Of a stretch of 64,000 nucleotides of DNA, positions 37,395-46,709 are shown piece by piece; the first letter of the stretch is position 1, and every line of letters starts with the position of its first letter. A program made the translations under genes and the position numbers. This DNA is from an uncultured bacterium. GTDB taxonomy: Bacteria > Eisenbacteria > RBG-16-71-46 > CAIMUX01. The notes beneath the pieces were generated by a model. That model was given only the letters and a program-made list of their open reading frames with translations, was not told the DNA's origin and ran no database searches. The stretch lies in NCBI GenBank assembly GCA_964473865.1, contig CAYYQN010000005.1, positions 80,035-144,034 of the forward strand, in the 5' to 3' direction.

Positions 37395-37504
37395 TCTACC
37401 GGGGGGCGAGCGCCGGTGACGCAGGCGCAGAAGGGGACGCGGAACAGCTGCGGACAAGATGGTGTCATCCAATCGAAGTCGGCTCAGTCGTCTCCCAACC
37501 CCGC

Positions 37505-37924
37505 TCAATTCGCCATCTTGATGGCCGCAAGCGTCTCCACGCTCCGCACATCGCGGGCCGTCTTGACAACCAGGCGCACGCCTCGCCCCTCCGCGTACTT
37601 TTGCGCGCGGTCGATCACCTCCAGCACGGCCGCGGGCAGGGCGCTCTCATGGGCGGCCTGAACGGCCTTCTCGCCCAGCGCGAAGGAGGCCAGGAAGTGT
37701 CCCTGGCACGGTGCCATGTACAGCACCGTCCGCTTCTGCTGCCTGAGGCGAAGCCCCCACCCGGTGCTCTTGCTGGCAAAGCCCCACTCCTCGGAGATCG
37801 GCGCAAAGCGAGTGGCGATGCGCCGACGAAGCTCTTTCCACTGGGGAAACGCCCGACCCAGAGTGACGGCGAGTTCCTCTTCCTTGGGCGGCCGGGTCTT
37901 GTCATCGAAGGCGCTGAGTGCCAG
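37505..37924 (-). CDS. DUF3788-like protein, apparently starting at CTG
   Basis: Open frame from CTG 37924 gives (M)ALSAFDDKTRPPKEEEL...WGLRLRQQKRTVLYMAPCQGHF...KYAEGRGVRL...IKMAN (139 aa); GAGGAG 7 nt upstream; the ORF track starts it only at GTG 37726. Confidence 0.7.
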   Translation of the reverse strand: MALSAFDDKTRPPKEEELAVTLGRAFPQWKELRRRIATRFAPISEEWGFASKSTGWGLRLRQQKRTVLYMAPCQGHFLASFALGEKAVQAAHESALPAAVLEVIDRAQKYAEGRGVRLVVKTARDVRSVETLAAIKMAN

Positions 37925-37977
37925 ACTTCCGCTCCTCTCTCTACCGAACCTCAGCCCGCGGCTCCCTGGATCCGAGA

Positions 37978-40410
37978 TCAGCGCACTCCTCGGAGGTAGA
38001 CCACGGTGCGCTGGCCGCGCGACCCACCGGCTTGTGCGCGCAGGAAGTAGACTCCCGAGGGAACCAGGGCGCCGGATTCGGAACGGCCGTCCCAGGCGAA
38101 AGCATGTTCCCCGCTCTTTCCGGGGCCGGCAAACAGCGTGCGCACACGGCGACCGACCAGATCAAACACGGCGGCTTCGATCCATGAGTCGTCGGCGGTG
38201 CGCAACCGCATCCCTTGGTTCGCGTAGTACGGATTCGGCAGATGGAGCGACAGCCCGGACTCCGTCACCGGCTCCCTGACCCCGGAGACCTCTCCCAGCC
38301 AGCGCCCGACGAGGCGCGACGGACGGCCGCCGGCGTTCAGGAACTTCCCCCCCACGAAGACATGCTCCCCGTAGCCGGCGAGCGCATTCACCGGATCATC
38401 CGTGCCCGATCCCAGCGCCTCCCAGCTCGCGCCGTCCCAACGCGCGATGTGAAGGGCCGGAAGGCCGCCCGCCGCCGTGAATCTGCCGCCGGCGTACAGG
38501 TGGCCGTGATCCACCACCAGGGCATCGACCTCACCGTCCGTTCCGCTCCCCAGCGTGACCCAGACGGCTCCATCCCACCGCGCGATGTGGCCGCCTCCGG
38601 CGAACAGACCGCCGGCGATCAGGGCGTTGTCGTAGATGACCAGCGCGTGCACCGTGCCGTCGAGCCCCGCACCGAGGGGGCTCCATGCGGTTCCGTTCCA
38701 CCGCGCGATCCCCGCGGCCGCGACTCCGCCCGCGTGATCGAAGGCGCCCCCGGCGACGAGGTCGCCTTCGTACACGACCACGGCATGGACCGGGGCATCG
38801 GTTCCGTCTCCGAGGCCAGACCAGCCGGTTCCGTCCCAGGCCGCGATGTTGGCGGCAGGGCCGCCTCCCGCCGAGCCGAAGTTGCCCCCGGCGATCAGTC
38901 GGGTTCCGAAGGCCGCCAGGGCATAGACATGACGATCGACGCCCGACCCGAGCGGCTGCCAGCCGGTTCCGTCCCACGCCGCCAGGGCCTCGGCCGGCGT
39001 GTCGCCTGCCCGGTCGAAGATGCCGCCGGCGATGAGCTCCCCGTCGAACTCACCGAGGGCATAGACGTCGTTGTTCAATCCGGAGCCGAGAGGGAGCCAG
39101 TGCGCTCCGTCCCAGCGGGCGATGTGCGGAGACCGGTGTCCGCCGGAATAGAGGAAGGAGCCTCCCGCCACCAGGTCGCCGGCAAACGGGCGCAACGCCC
39201 ACGTATAATGCCCCAACCCGGCCGTCGGCCCGGCGGCGATGGATCTCCAGTACGTGCCGTCCCAGCGTGCGATCCGGCCGACCGCCGCCTTCTCTGAGTG
39301 CGTGAAGGAACCGCCCGCCACGAGGCTGCCGCCATCGCTCAGCAAGGTGGACACCCCCAAGTCCAGACCGCTGCCCACGGAGGACCACGCGCTTCCATCC
39401 CACTGGGCAATCCACGGGATGTCGCTCCCCCCGGCGTGCTGGAAGCTTCCGGCCGCAATCAGACGCCCGCCATGGGAGGCGAGGTCGTACACCCAGCTGT
39501 CCATGCCGGTCGAAAGAGCGCTCCAGGACGATCCGTTCCACCGGGCCACCCGGTTGGCGGATACCCCTCCCGCCGTCGTGAAGTAGCCCCCGGCATACAG
39601 GTCACCCTCGTGGACGGCCAGGGAGTAGACACTGCCGTCCATGCCGCCACCCAGGCCGTGCCAGGCGGCCCCATCCCAGCTCGCGACATGCCCGACGGAC
39701 ATCCCGCCGGCTGAGTAGAAGGCGCCGGCGGCAATCAGGGAGCCGGCGTAGTTCGTGAGGCTCTCGACTGGGCCGCTGGTTCCCGCACCCAACGGTGACC
39801 AGGCGGCGCCATCCCACCGGGCAATGTGGTCGGCGGCAGTTTCCCCCGCGGTGTGGAACTCCCCTCCCACGACAAGGTCGTCCCCAAAGACTGCGAGCGA
39901 GCGCGCCACACTGGATAGGCCTGACCCCAAAGGAGCCCAGCTCGTGCCGTCCCAGCGGGCGACATACAGGGCTTCCACTCCACCGGCCGTGGTGAAGTAG
40001 CCGGCGGCAACGAGATCGCCGTGATAAACCGCCAGGGCGTACACCCCGTTGTTCATGCCGGATCCCAGCGGCTCCCACGCTATGCCATTCCACCGGGCCA
40101 CGTGATTGACGGTCACCCCCCCGGCCGTGCTGAAGTCGCCTCCGGCCACCAGCGATCCATCGTACTCGACGACGCAGCGGACCGTGTTGCTTAGTTGGGC
40201 CGGGTCCACCGTCGGATCCGTGAATCCATCCCACCAGTACTCGTCCCCGAGGGCCTGGCAGGGTCCGGCCCAGAGGACGCCCAGAAGGACCGCCGCGGCG
40301 AGAACCAGGAGGAGAACGCCCCTGGACGCAGGCGCCAGCGTGGCGTCACCCGAATACAGCCTCGCGAAGGAGTTCGAAGTTGAAGCGGGTCCGGACACAG
40401 GATTGCGCAT
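37978..40410 (-). CDS. Secreted double beta-propeller (14 x ~46-aa W..LG.G...AGG.F...ARWDG repeats) with FlgD-Ig C-terminal domain
   Basis: 14 countable repeats; signal peptide; C-terminal LPNP...FDLVGRRVR...WDGRSESG...GVYFL. Confidence 0.88.
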   Translation of the reverse strand: MRNPVSGPASTSNSFARLYSGDATLAPASRGVLLLVLAAAVLLGVLWAGPCQALGDEYWWDGFTDPTVDPAQLSNTVRCVVEYDGSLVAGGDFSTAGGVTVNHVARWNGIAWEPLGSGMNNGVYALAVYHGDLVAAGYFTTAGGVEALYVARWDGTSWAPLGSGLSSVARSLAVFGDDLVVGGEFHTAGETAADHIARWDGAAWSPLGAGTSGPVESLTNYAGSLIAAGAFYSAGGMSVGHVASWDGAAWHGLGGGMDGSVYSLAVHEGDLYAGGYFTTAGGVSANRVARWNGSSWSALSTGMDSWVYDLASHGGRLIAAGSFQHAGGSDIPWIAQWDGSAWSSVGSGLDLGVSTLLSDGGSLVAGGSFTHSEKAAVGRIARWDGTYWRSIAAGPTAGLGHYTWALRPFAGDLVAGGSFLYSGGHRSPHIARWDGAHWLPLGSGLNNDVYALGEFDGELIAGGIFDRAGDTPAEALAAWDGTGWQPLGSGVDRHVYALAAFGTRLIAGGNFGSAGGGPAANIAAWDGTGWSGLGDGTDAPVHAVVVYEGDLVAGGAFDHAGGVAAAGIARWNGTAWSPLGAGLDGTVHALVIYDNALIAGGLFAGGGHIARWDGAVWVTLGSGTDGEVDALVVDHGHLYAGGRFTAAGGLPALHIARWDGASWEALGSGTDDPVNALAGYGEHVFVGGKFLNAGGRPSRLVGRWLGEVSGVREPVTESGLSLHLPNPYYANQGMRLRTADDSWIEAAVFDLVGRRVRTLFAGPGKSGEHAFAWDGRSESGALVPSGVYFLRAQAGGSRGQRTVVYLRGVR

Positions 40411-40414
40411 GGCC

Positions 40415-41059
40415 TCACCTCCCCGCCGGGCACGGCAGGTAGCCGTCCGTCCCGAACCCGAAGATCCCGTAGTCGACGATGGTGTCGGTCACCGCGGGCG
40501 AGGAATCGTCGAAGAAGAGCCCTCCGGAGAGCGGATGGGGCGTCGCGCGAAACTGGTTGGTGGAACCGTAGTACTGATAACCCAGGAAGTAGTAGACCTC
40601 GGTGAGCTGCGTCGTGGCTGGCGTCCTCCAACTCACCCGGGTGCCGGTGCCGGAGGCGGGCCAGCCCAAGTCCGCTTCCTCGATCCCGTCCGCGCAGCTT
40701 CCAAACCACCAGAAGTCGCACCCGGCGTCCGAGTCGTCATAGTCGAGGCCGAAGGTGACGCCGCCGAGGCGGGGAGTGCTGCCGTTCGGGAAGGCAGCGA
40801 TGGCGTAGAAGTAGAGGCAGGCTTCGTCGGAGCGGGTGTCCGCGTTCTCGCACTGCGTCAGATTCGAGAGCCCGCAGTACTGGATCGGATCGCACGTGGG
40901 GTTGATGCCGGCTCGGGTGTGGAGGACCAGAACGCCGCCGGAGTTGGGGCCGGATCTCGCTTCGTCGGGAAGCAGGAGAGACGATCCCAGCACCGGTAGC
41001 AGCACCAGGGTCAACACCGTCGGCAGCGAGGAGAAGTGGCAGCGAAGAGACGAATTCAC
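40415..41059 (-). CDS. Secreted Cys-rich hypothetical protein
   Basis: GTG 41059 with AAGGAG RBS; signal peptide ending EARS-GPNSGG; 8 Cys including one in the signal peptide; stop 4 nt upstream of the next ATG. Confidence 0.75.
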   Translation of the reverse strand: MNSSLRCHFSSLPTVLTLVLLPVLGSSLLLPDEARSGPNSGGVLVLHTRAGINPTCDPIQYCGLSNLTQCENADTRSDEACLYFYAIAAFPNGSTPRLGGVTFGLDYDDSDAGCDFWWFGSCADGIEEADLGWPASGTGTRVSWRTPATTQLTEVYYFLGYQYYGSTNQFRATPHPLSGGLFFDDSSPAVTDTIVDYGIFGFGTDGYLPCPAGR

Positions 41060-41144
41060 GTCGCGCTCCTTTCGAACGGCCGGAAGCGGCGCCGGGCCTG
41101 CTTCCGTCCAATCCAAGCACGGGATCCACACGTCTGCCGCTAGG

Positions 41145-41173
41145 ATGATACCATGGCACCGTCCTCGCATCAA
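41145..41173 (-). promoter_or_regulatory. Candidate sigma-70 promoter of the 41059 and 40410 gene pair
   Basis: Minus strand TTGATG-17 nt-TATCAT. Confidence 0.55.
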
Positions 41174-41254
41174 AAAGCGAAGAGAACCAGGGGCCGACAC
41201 GCCTCTTCTCGGCGTGACCCGGAAGTGCGGATGTTCTGCCGGAGTTGCCAAGGT

Positions 41255-41412
41255 GACGAGAGGACAGACGAAACGGGAGGCGAGACGAGGCGTGAGAGAA
41301 GATCCGAAATGAGAGGCGAGACGAGGAGTGGGAGGGGAGACGAAACGAGAGACGAGACGAGGCGGGAGAGAGATGACGAGACACTGGAGGAGCGACGAGA
41401 CGCGAAAGGAGG
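41255..41412 (+). repeat. Purine-rich low-complexity tract with GAGACGA repeats
   Basis: Exact GAGACGA at 41282, 41318, 41337, 41349 and 41354 plus degenerate copies; very few T on the + strand. Confidence 0.75.
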
Positions 41413-41416
41413 CGGC

Positions 41417-41686
41417 ATGGTCATGGATCGACCTGGGTTACCCATGCGGATCAAGCTGACCGACGAGCGGCGGGCGCTGGCGCTCGTGTCGATCAGACGA
41501 TTCTTCGCGGAGCAGTATGACGAGGAGCTAAGCGACTTTCGTGCCGAAACGCTCCTGGACTTCTTCGTGAGGCTCCTCGGGCCCCCCGTCTACAACCAGG
41601 CGATCCGCGACGCCCTCGGGTTCATGCAGGACAAGATGACGGACCTGGAGGGCGAATTCTTCGAGCCGGAACAGCCCGGAGGTTGA
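41417..41686 (+). CDS. DUF2164-family protein
   Basis: AAGGAGG RBS before ATG 41417; IKL...SIRRFF...ELSDFRAETLLDFF...LGPPVYNQAIRDA. Confidence 0.8.
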   Translation: MVMDRPGLPMRIKLTDERRALALVSIRRFFAEQYDEELSDFRAETLLDFFVRLLGPPVYNQAIRDALGFMQDKMTDLEGEFFEPEQPGG

Positions 41687-41782
41687 TAGCCCAACCGAAC
41701 CTTCTGCAACCCCTCCGCGTCCGGCTTCGTAGGCAGTTCTTGCCGGCCGTCCCGCGGCCGCCGCGTATGGAGGGGGTAGCCC

Positions 41783-42877
41783 ATGAAGCGCTGGATCATT
41801 CTTGCCACGATCGTGCTTGTCGCAGCCTCGGTCCTCTATGTCGGCCGCCGCAACAAGGCCCGGGCGGCCAACCTGCCGAAGACCGTGACCGTCGTCAAGG
41901 GCAACGTCGCCCAGGAGGCGCTGGCCCTGGGCAGCATCGTCCCGGAGCAGGAAGTCTCGGTAAAATCAAAGCTTGCGGGGATCGTCGACATGGTGCACGT
42001 CGCGGTGGGCGACTTCGTGCACGCCGGGGACCCGCTCATCGAGATCCGTCCCGACCCCACTCCGCTGGAACGCGCGGAGGCGGAACGCAGCCTGCAGATC
42101 GCCCGCGTCACCGAGGACGGAGCGAAGAAAGACCTGGAACGGGCGGAAGGGATCGCCAGCCAGGGGCTTGCCTCCGACAAGGAACTCGAGCAGGCAAGGC
42201 AGGCGTACGATCGCGCGCGTCTCAGCGCCCAGCTTGCGTCGGAGCGCCTCCAACTCCTGAAGAACGGAAGGGCCCGCATCGAGGGGCAGGAAGTCAGCAC
42301 CCGCATCGTCGCCCCCACCACCGGCACGATTCTCACCCTCGAGGTCAACCCCGGGGATCCGGTGGTACCGCTCACCTCCTACCAGGAGGGAACGGTGCTG
42401 ATGACCATGGCCGACATGGGCAAACTGGTCTTCAAGGGCACGGTGGACGAGGTCGACGTGGGCAAGCTCAACCCGGGCCAGCCGGTCCGATTCACCGTGG
42501 GAGCCATTCCCGACAAGGAGGTCACCGGCCTGCTTCGCCGGATTTCGCCGAAGGCTCGCAAGCAGGAATCAGCCACGATTTTCGACGTGGAGGCCGATCT
42601 GGCTTCCGTGAAGGACGGTCCGGTGCTTCGCGCGGGATACTCGACTACCGCTCGCATCGCCATTGCGCGGGCCGAAAGCGTGCTGGTGGTCCCCGAACGG
42701 TGTGTGAAGTACGAGGGAACCGACGCCACGGTCCGCCTCTCCGGCAAGGACGGCAAGCCCGAGGACCGAAAGATCACCACCGGTCTTTCGGACGGCCTGA
42801 CCGTCGAAGTCAAGAACGGCCTGGAGGCCGGAGACAAGGTCCTCGAACCCGCCGCAAGCAAGCCGGGCACGAAGTAG
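41783..42877 (+). CDS. Periplasmic adaptor (HlyD/MacA-type membrane fusion protein)
   Basis: N-terminal TM; lipoyl half-motifs VKSKLAGIV.V.V.VGD.V and IVAPTTGTI...V.PGD; helical hairpin; VDEVDVGKL..GQ. Confidence 0.92.
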   Translation: MKRWIILATIVLVAASVLYVGRRNKARAANLPKTVTVVKGNVAQEALALGSIVPEQEVSVKSKLAGIVDMVHVAVGDFVHAGDPLIEIRPDPTPLERAEAERSLQIARVTEDGAKKDLERAEGIASQGLASDKELEQARQAYDRARLSAQLASERLQLLKNGRARIEGQEVSTRIVAPTTGTILTLEVNPGDPVVPLTSYQEGTVLMTMADMGKLVFKGTVDEVDVGKLNPGQPVRFTVGAIPDKEVTGLLRRISPKARKQESATIFDVEADLASVKDGPVLRAGYSTTARIAIARAESVLVVPERCVKYEGTDATVRLSGKDGKPEDRKITTGLSDGLTVEVKNGLEAGDKVLEPAASKPGTK

Positions 42878-42934
42878 ACGCCGCCGGACGCTGGAGGGCT
42901 CGGCAGCCAGCCAGTCCGGGCTAGGACCACGAGC

Positions 42935-44164
42935 ATGCAACTCCGCATCGTCCTCCTCCAACTCGGGCGCGATCTGAAGGCCCACCGCCTCCGCAGCGGG
43001 CTCACGCTGTTCGGCCTGGCCTGGGGAACGTTCTGCGTAGTGGTCATGCTCGCCTTCGGCAAAGGGCTGCAGGTGGAGATGTACCGGCAGCAGGACTCCC
43101 TGGGCGGGAACATGCTCCTGCTCTGGGGGTCGCGGACCTCCGTCCCGTTCGAAGGACTCCCGCGCGGCCGTTACATCCAGCTCGAGGACACCGATGCCGA
43201 CGCCATCGTTCGGGAGGTGCCGCGCATCAGCGCCATCAGCCCCGAGTACGGCGCCGGCGCCAGCGCCAAGGGACCCAAGGGCGAATCCGGAGTCCAGATC
43301 TCCGGCATCCGCCCCGCCTATGGGCGCATGCGCCGGGTGGAGCCCGAAGCCGGCGGCCGATTCATCAACGACCGGGACGAGGCCGAGCGCCGCCGGGTTT
43401 GCGTGATCGGCCATCTGGTGAAGCAGGAGACCTTCGGCGACACGCCCGCGGTGGGCCAGACCATCCTGGTGAACGGCATCCCATTCACCGTCATCGGGAC
43501 ACTGGCCAAGAAGCAACAGGACAGCAACTACAACGGCCCGGACGACTCGCACATCTTTGTCCCCTCGGCCACCGCGGTCGCATCGCTCGGGATGCGAGAT
43601 CCCGACAACCTCGTCATCGAATTGACGGACCGCACCAAGGGCAAGGAGGTCATCCCCCAGATCCGGGGCGTGCTGGCCCGCCGGCACCGGTTCGATCCTG
43701 CCGACGAGGAAGCGATCAGTATCTGGGACGTCGGCGAGATGCTGGTCATGTTCCAGACGATCTTCCTTGGGTTTCGGACCTTCCTGGCGATCCTGGGCTC
43801 GTTCACGCTCGCGGTGGCCGCCATCGGCGTGGCCAACACCATGAGCATGGTGGTGGAGGACCGCACCCCGCACATCGGTATCTCCATGGCTCTGGGAGCT
43901 CGTCGCCGCTGGGTCCTGGGCCAGATCCTGCTGGAGACCGTCTGCTTCACCGCCGCAGGCGGCGTCGCGGGCGTGGCCTTTGCCGCCCTGGTGGTCTGGG
44001 GCGCGTCGTTCCTCCCTTGGAAGCAGTATGTCGGGGTCCCCCAGATCTCGGCCTCCACGGCGATCCTCACCGCCGCGATGCTCGGCATCTGCGGCATCCT
44101 TTCCGGCCTCGGTCCGGCACGGCGCGCGGCGGCAATGAACCCCGCCGAAGCGCTTCGAACCTGA
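42935..44164 (+). CDS. ABC transporter permease (MacB/FtsX family)
   Basis: RSGLTLFGLAWG; periplasmic GGRFIN; VAAIGVANTM...VEDRTPHIG...ALGA; PARRAAAMNPAEALR. Confidence 0.92.
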   Translation: MQLRIVLLQLGRDLKAHRLRSGLTLFGLAWGTFCVVVMLAFGKGLQVEMYRQQDSLGGNMLLLWGSRTSVPFEGLPRGRYIQLEDTDADAIVREVPRISAISPEYGAGASAKGPKGESGVQISGIRPAYGRMRRVEPEAGGRFINDRDEAERRRVCVIGHLVKQETFGDTPAVGQTILVNGIPFTVIGTLAKKQQDSNYNGPDDSHIFVPSATAVASLGMRDPDNLVIELTDRTKGKEVIPQIRGVLARRHRFDPADEEAISIWDVGEMLVMFQTIFLGFRTFLAILGSFTLAVAAIGVANTMSMVVEDRTPHIGISMALGARRRWVLGQILLETVCFTAAGGVAGVAFAALVVWGASFLPWKQYVGVPQISASTAILTAAMLGICGILSGLGPARRAAAMNPAEALRT

Positions 44165-44171
44165 GGTAGCC

Positions 44172-45425
44172 ATGACTTCCTGGCGCCAGGGCCTTTTCCT
44201 GATGTGGCAGTTCCTCGGCCGCGGCAAGAGCCGCCCCACGGCGGTGGTGCTGGCGGTCGCCTGGGGCACGCTCTCCATGATGATCCTGCTGGCCTTCGGC
44301 GAGGGGCTGAAACAGGCGTTCGCGGAGGGACGCGGAGCCCTCACCGAAGCCAACCTGGTGGTCCTCTGGCCGGGCACGACCACCAAGCCGTGGCAGGGGA
44401 TGAAGCCGGGGCGCTTCATCCGCTTCTGGGACGAGGACCTCCAGGCGCTAAAGCGCAGCATCCCCGAGATCGACGAGGTGGCGGGAGAGAGAAGTTCCTG
44501 GTCCACCAGCCTGGCCTGGGGCCGCAACGCGATCAGCGCCCGCGTCAACGGCGTGTTCCCCTGCTACGAGGGGATTCGCTCCCACCTTGCCCAGCCGGGC
44601 GGGCGGTTCCTCAACGACGAAGACATGCGCATGCGGCGCCGCGTGATCTTCCTCGGACCAGAGCTGAAGACGCGGCTCTTCGGCGACCGGGAAGCCGTGG
44701 GCCAGACGATCCTGGTGCGGGGCGTGCCGTTCCAGGTCATCGGCATCATGATCGAGAAACGCCAGATGGGGATGTACGGCGGGCCGGACGTCGCCAAGGC
44801 CACGATCCCGATCACCACCTTCGCCGCAATGTTTGGCGACAACCCCTACCAGAACCTTCTCTACACCGTGACGCCACCGGCGCGGCCGGCCGACATCGAA
44901 ACCCGCGTGCGGGAAGTCCTGGCGGCCCGCCAGCATTTCGACCCCACCGACGAGGGCTGTGTCCACGTGTGGGACACCGTGAAGATGCGGGAAGTCACCG
45001 ACAAGATCGTCATCGGCCTGCAGATCTTCCTGGGCCTCGTCGGCGGCATGACGCTCCTCGTCGCCGGGGTCGGCCTGGCCAACATGCTCTTCGTTCTCGT
45101 CCACCGGCGGACCCGCGAGATCGGCATGCAGATGGCCATCGGCGCGAAGTCGATGGTCGTCACCGCCCGCACGGTCGGCGAGTCGTTGATCCTGGCCGGG
45201 ATCGGAGGGTATGTCGGTATCGCCCTGGCCTGGCTCCTCGTGGAAGGGGTGCAGCGCCTGCCGATCCAGAATGAAGCGATGCAATTCCTCGGCAAGCCCA
45301 GTCTCTCCGTCCCACTCGGTGTGGTTACCGTGCTCGTCCTGGTGGGTATCGGCTGTCTGGCCGGCGCTCTGCCCGCCCGGCGCGCATCCCGGCTCAATCC
45401 GGTGGAGGCCCTGCGTCATGAGTGA
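44172..45425 (+). CDS. ABC transporter permease (MacB/FtsX family), second paralogue
   Basis: GGRFLN; VAGVGLANML...VHRRTREIGMQMAIGA; PARRASRLNPVEALRHE. Confidence 0.92.
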   Translation: MTSWRQGLFLMWQFLGRGKSRPTAVVLAVAWGTLSMMILLAFGEGLKQAFAEGRGALTEANLVVLWPGTTTKPWQGMKPGRFIRFWDEDLQALKRSIPEIDEVAGERSSWSTSLAWGRNAISARVNGVFPCYEGIRSHLAQPGGRFLNDEDMRMRRRVIFLGPELKTRLFGDREAVGQTILVRGVPFQVIGIMIEKRQMGMYGGPDVAKATIPITTFAAMFGDNPYQNLLYTVTPPARPADIETRVREVLAARQHFDPTDEGCVHVWDTVKMREVTDKIVIGLQIFLGLVGGMTLLVAGVGLANMLFVLVHRRTREIGMQMAIGAKSMVVTARTVGESLILAGIGGYVGIALAWLLVEGVQRLPIQNEAMQFLGKPSLSVPLGVVTVLVLVGIGCLAGALPARRASRLNPVEALRHE

Positions 45426-46275
45426 GCACCCGATCATCCTGATGGAACGCGTCACGCGCGTATACAGATCCGGCACCGTGGAAACGCTTGCCCTGCGCGA
45501 GGTGAGCCTCGGCCTCGCCGCCGGCGAGATGGCCGCCATCATCGGCCCTTCCGGTTCCGGGAAGTCGACGCTCATGAACCTGATGGGCTGCCTCGACGTC
45601 CCAACCTCGGGGCGCTACGAGTTCGACGGCCGGGAGGTGGGGAGGCTCACGTCCGAGGAGATGGCCGAGCTGCGCAATCGATCCATCGGGTTCGTCTTCC
45701 AGTCGTTCCACCTGCTCCCCCATGCCACTGCGCGCGAGAACGTCGAGATGCCGCTCCTCTTCGGCGGGATGTCGGGCCCCGCGCGGCGCGATCGGGCCAT
45801 GGAAATGCTGGAACGGGTCGGCCTGGGATCGCGCGCCGCCCACTTGCCGACACAGCTCTCCGGCGGGGAGATGCAGCGCGTAGCCGTGGCCCGCGCCCTG
45901 GCGAACCGGCCGCGGGTGATTCTCGCCGACGAGCCGACCGGCAACCTCGACAGCCGCAGCGGGCGCGGGATCATCGAGCTCTTTCGAGAGCTCTGGCGGG
46001 AAGGTGTGACGGTCGTTCTGATCACGCATGATCTCGGCCTGGCCCGGGTCTGTCCGCGGATCCTGAAGATCCAGGATGGGCGGATCGTGCACGACGGCGC
46101 GGATGTCCCGGCCGAGGACGAGACCGTGGACGAGATCACGCGCGAGGAACCGGTCGTGGTCGCCTCCGCGACGGATTCGGCGGCGCGGCTCACCCGGTGG
46201 GCGAAGGTGTTGCGGACCGTGCGTGGGGGGCGGGGGACGCGCGGGAAGCGCGGACTCGAGCCGGTGCGGGGGTGA
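45418..46275 (+). CDS. ABC transporter ATP-binding protein (LolD/MacB type)
   Basis: Walker A GPSGSGKS; IGFVFQSFHLL; LSGGEMQRVAVARAL; Walker B ILADEPTGNLD; H-loop ITHD; about 55-aa C-terminal tail. Confidence 0.95.
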   Translation: MSEHPIILMERVTRVYRSGTVETLALREVSLGLAAGEMAAIIGPSGSGKSTLMNLMGCLDVPTSGRYEFDGREVGRLTSEEMAELRNRSIGFVFQSFHLLPHATARENVEMPLLFGGMSGPARRDRAMEMLERVGLGSRAAHLPTQLSGGEMQRVAVARALANRPRVILADEPTGNLDSRSGRGIIELFRELWREGVTVVLITHDLGLARVCPRILKIQDGRIVHDGADVPAEDETVDEITREEPVVVASATDSAARLTRWAKVLRTVRGGRGTRGKRGLEPVRG

Positions 46276-46361
46276 AGGCGCGGCCGACCGGCCGCGCCCG
46301 GGGGTGACGGCTTCTCTGACCCCATCTCTTCCCGTATAGGACTCCGATCACGGTCGCGGCA

Positions 46362-46589
46362 TCAAGTCTCCATGAGCTTGTCCCATTCCGCGAGAACCCT
46401 GCGGGCGATGATCTCACTTCCGCGCGTGTTGGATTGGACCCGATCGGCATCGAGGCAGAGCGCTCCTTCCGCCGGACGCAAGTCGGGCGTAGGGTCCACC
46501 AGCGGCACGTTCATCCGCGCTTGGCCGCGGGCGGACTCGGCCTCATGGATGCAACCCCTCATCTCACATGCTCGCGCAACTCGCAGCAA
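46362..46589 (-). pseudogene. Remnant resembling the C-terminus of an SGNH/GDSL hydrolase
   Basis: ARMNVPLVDPTPDL...LDADRVQSNTRGSEIIARRV matches the SGNH block V pattern D.vHPN..GH..IA with the catalytic His replaced by Gln; no N-terminal blocks upstream. Confidence 0.5.
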
Positions 46590-46709
46590 CGCATTATTCG
46601 GATAACCCCGGAGACAGGCGCCTCCGCAGGCCGGAATAATCTGCGGATTCTTTCACGGCCACCTGGCCGTGCGTCGTGAGTTTACAAATGTCGCCCGAGG
46701 AGCATGTAT

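Noticed and set aside
31966-40410. CRISPR array or DNA-level tandem repeats suggested by periodic sequence
   Set aside because: The periodicity comes from protein repeats (LVIVD and WDG blades) with synonymous divergence; there are no identical repeat-spacer units.
46590-46700. Riboswitch (for example c-di-GMP) upstream of the Asp-box gene
   Set aside because: Hairpins are present, but the conserved GEMM or other aptamer sequence elements are not.
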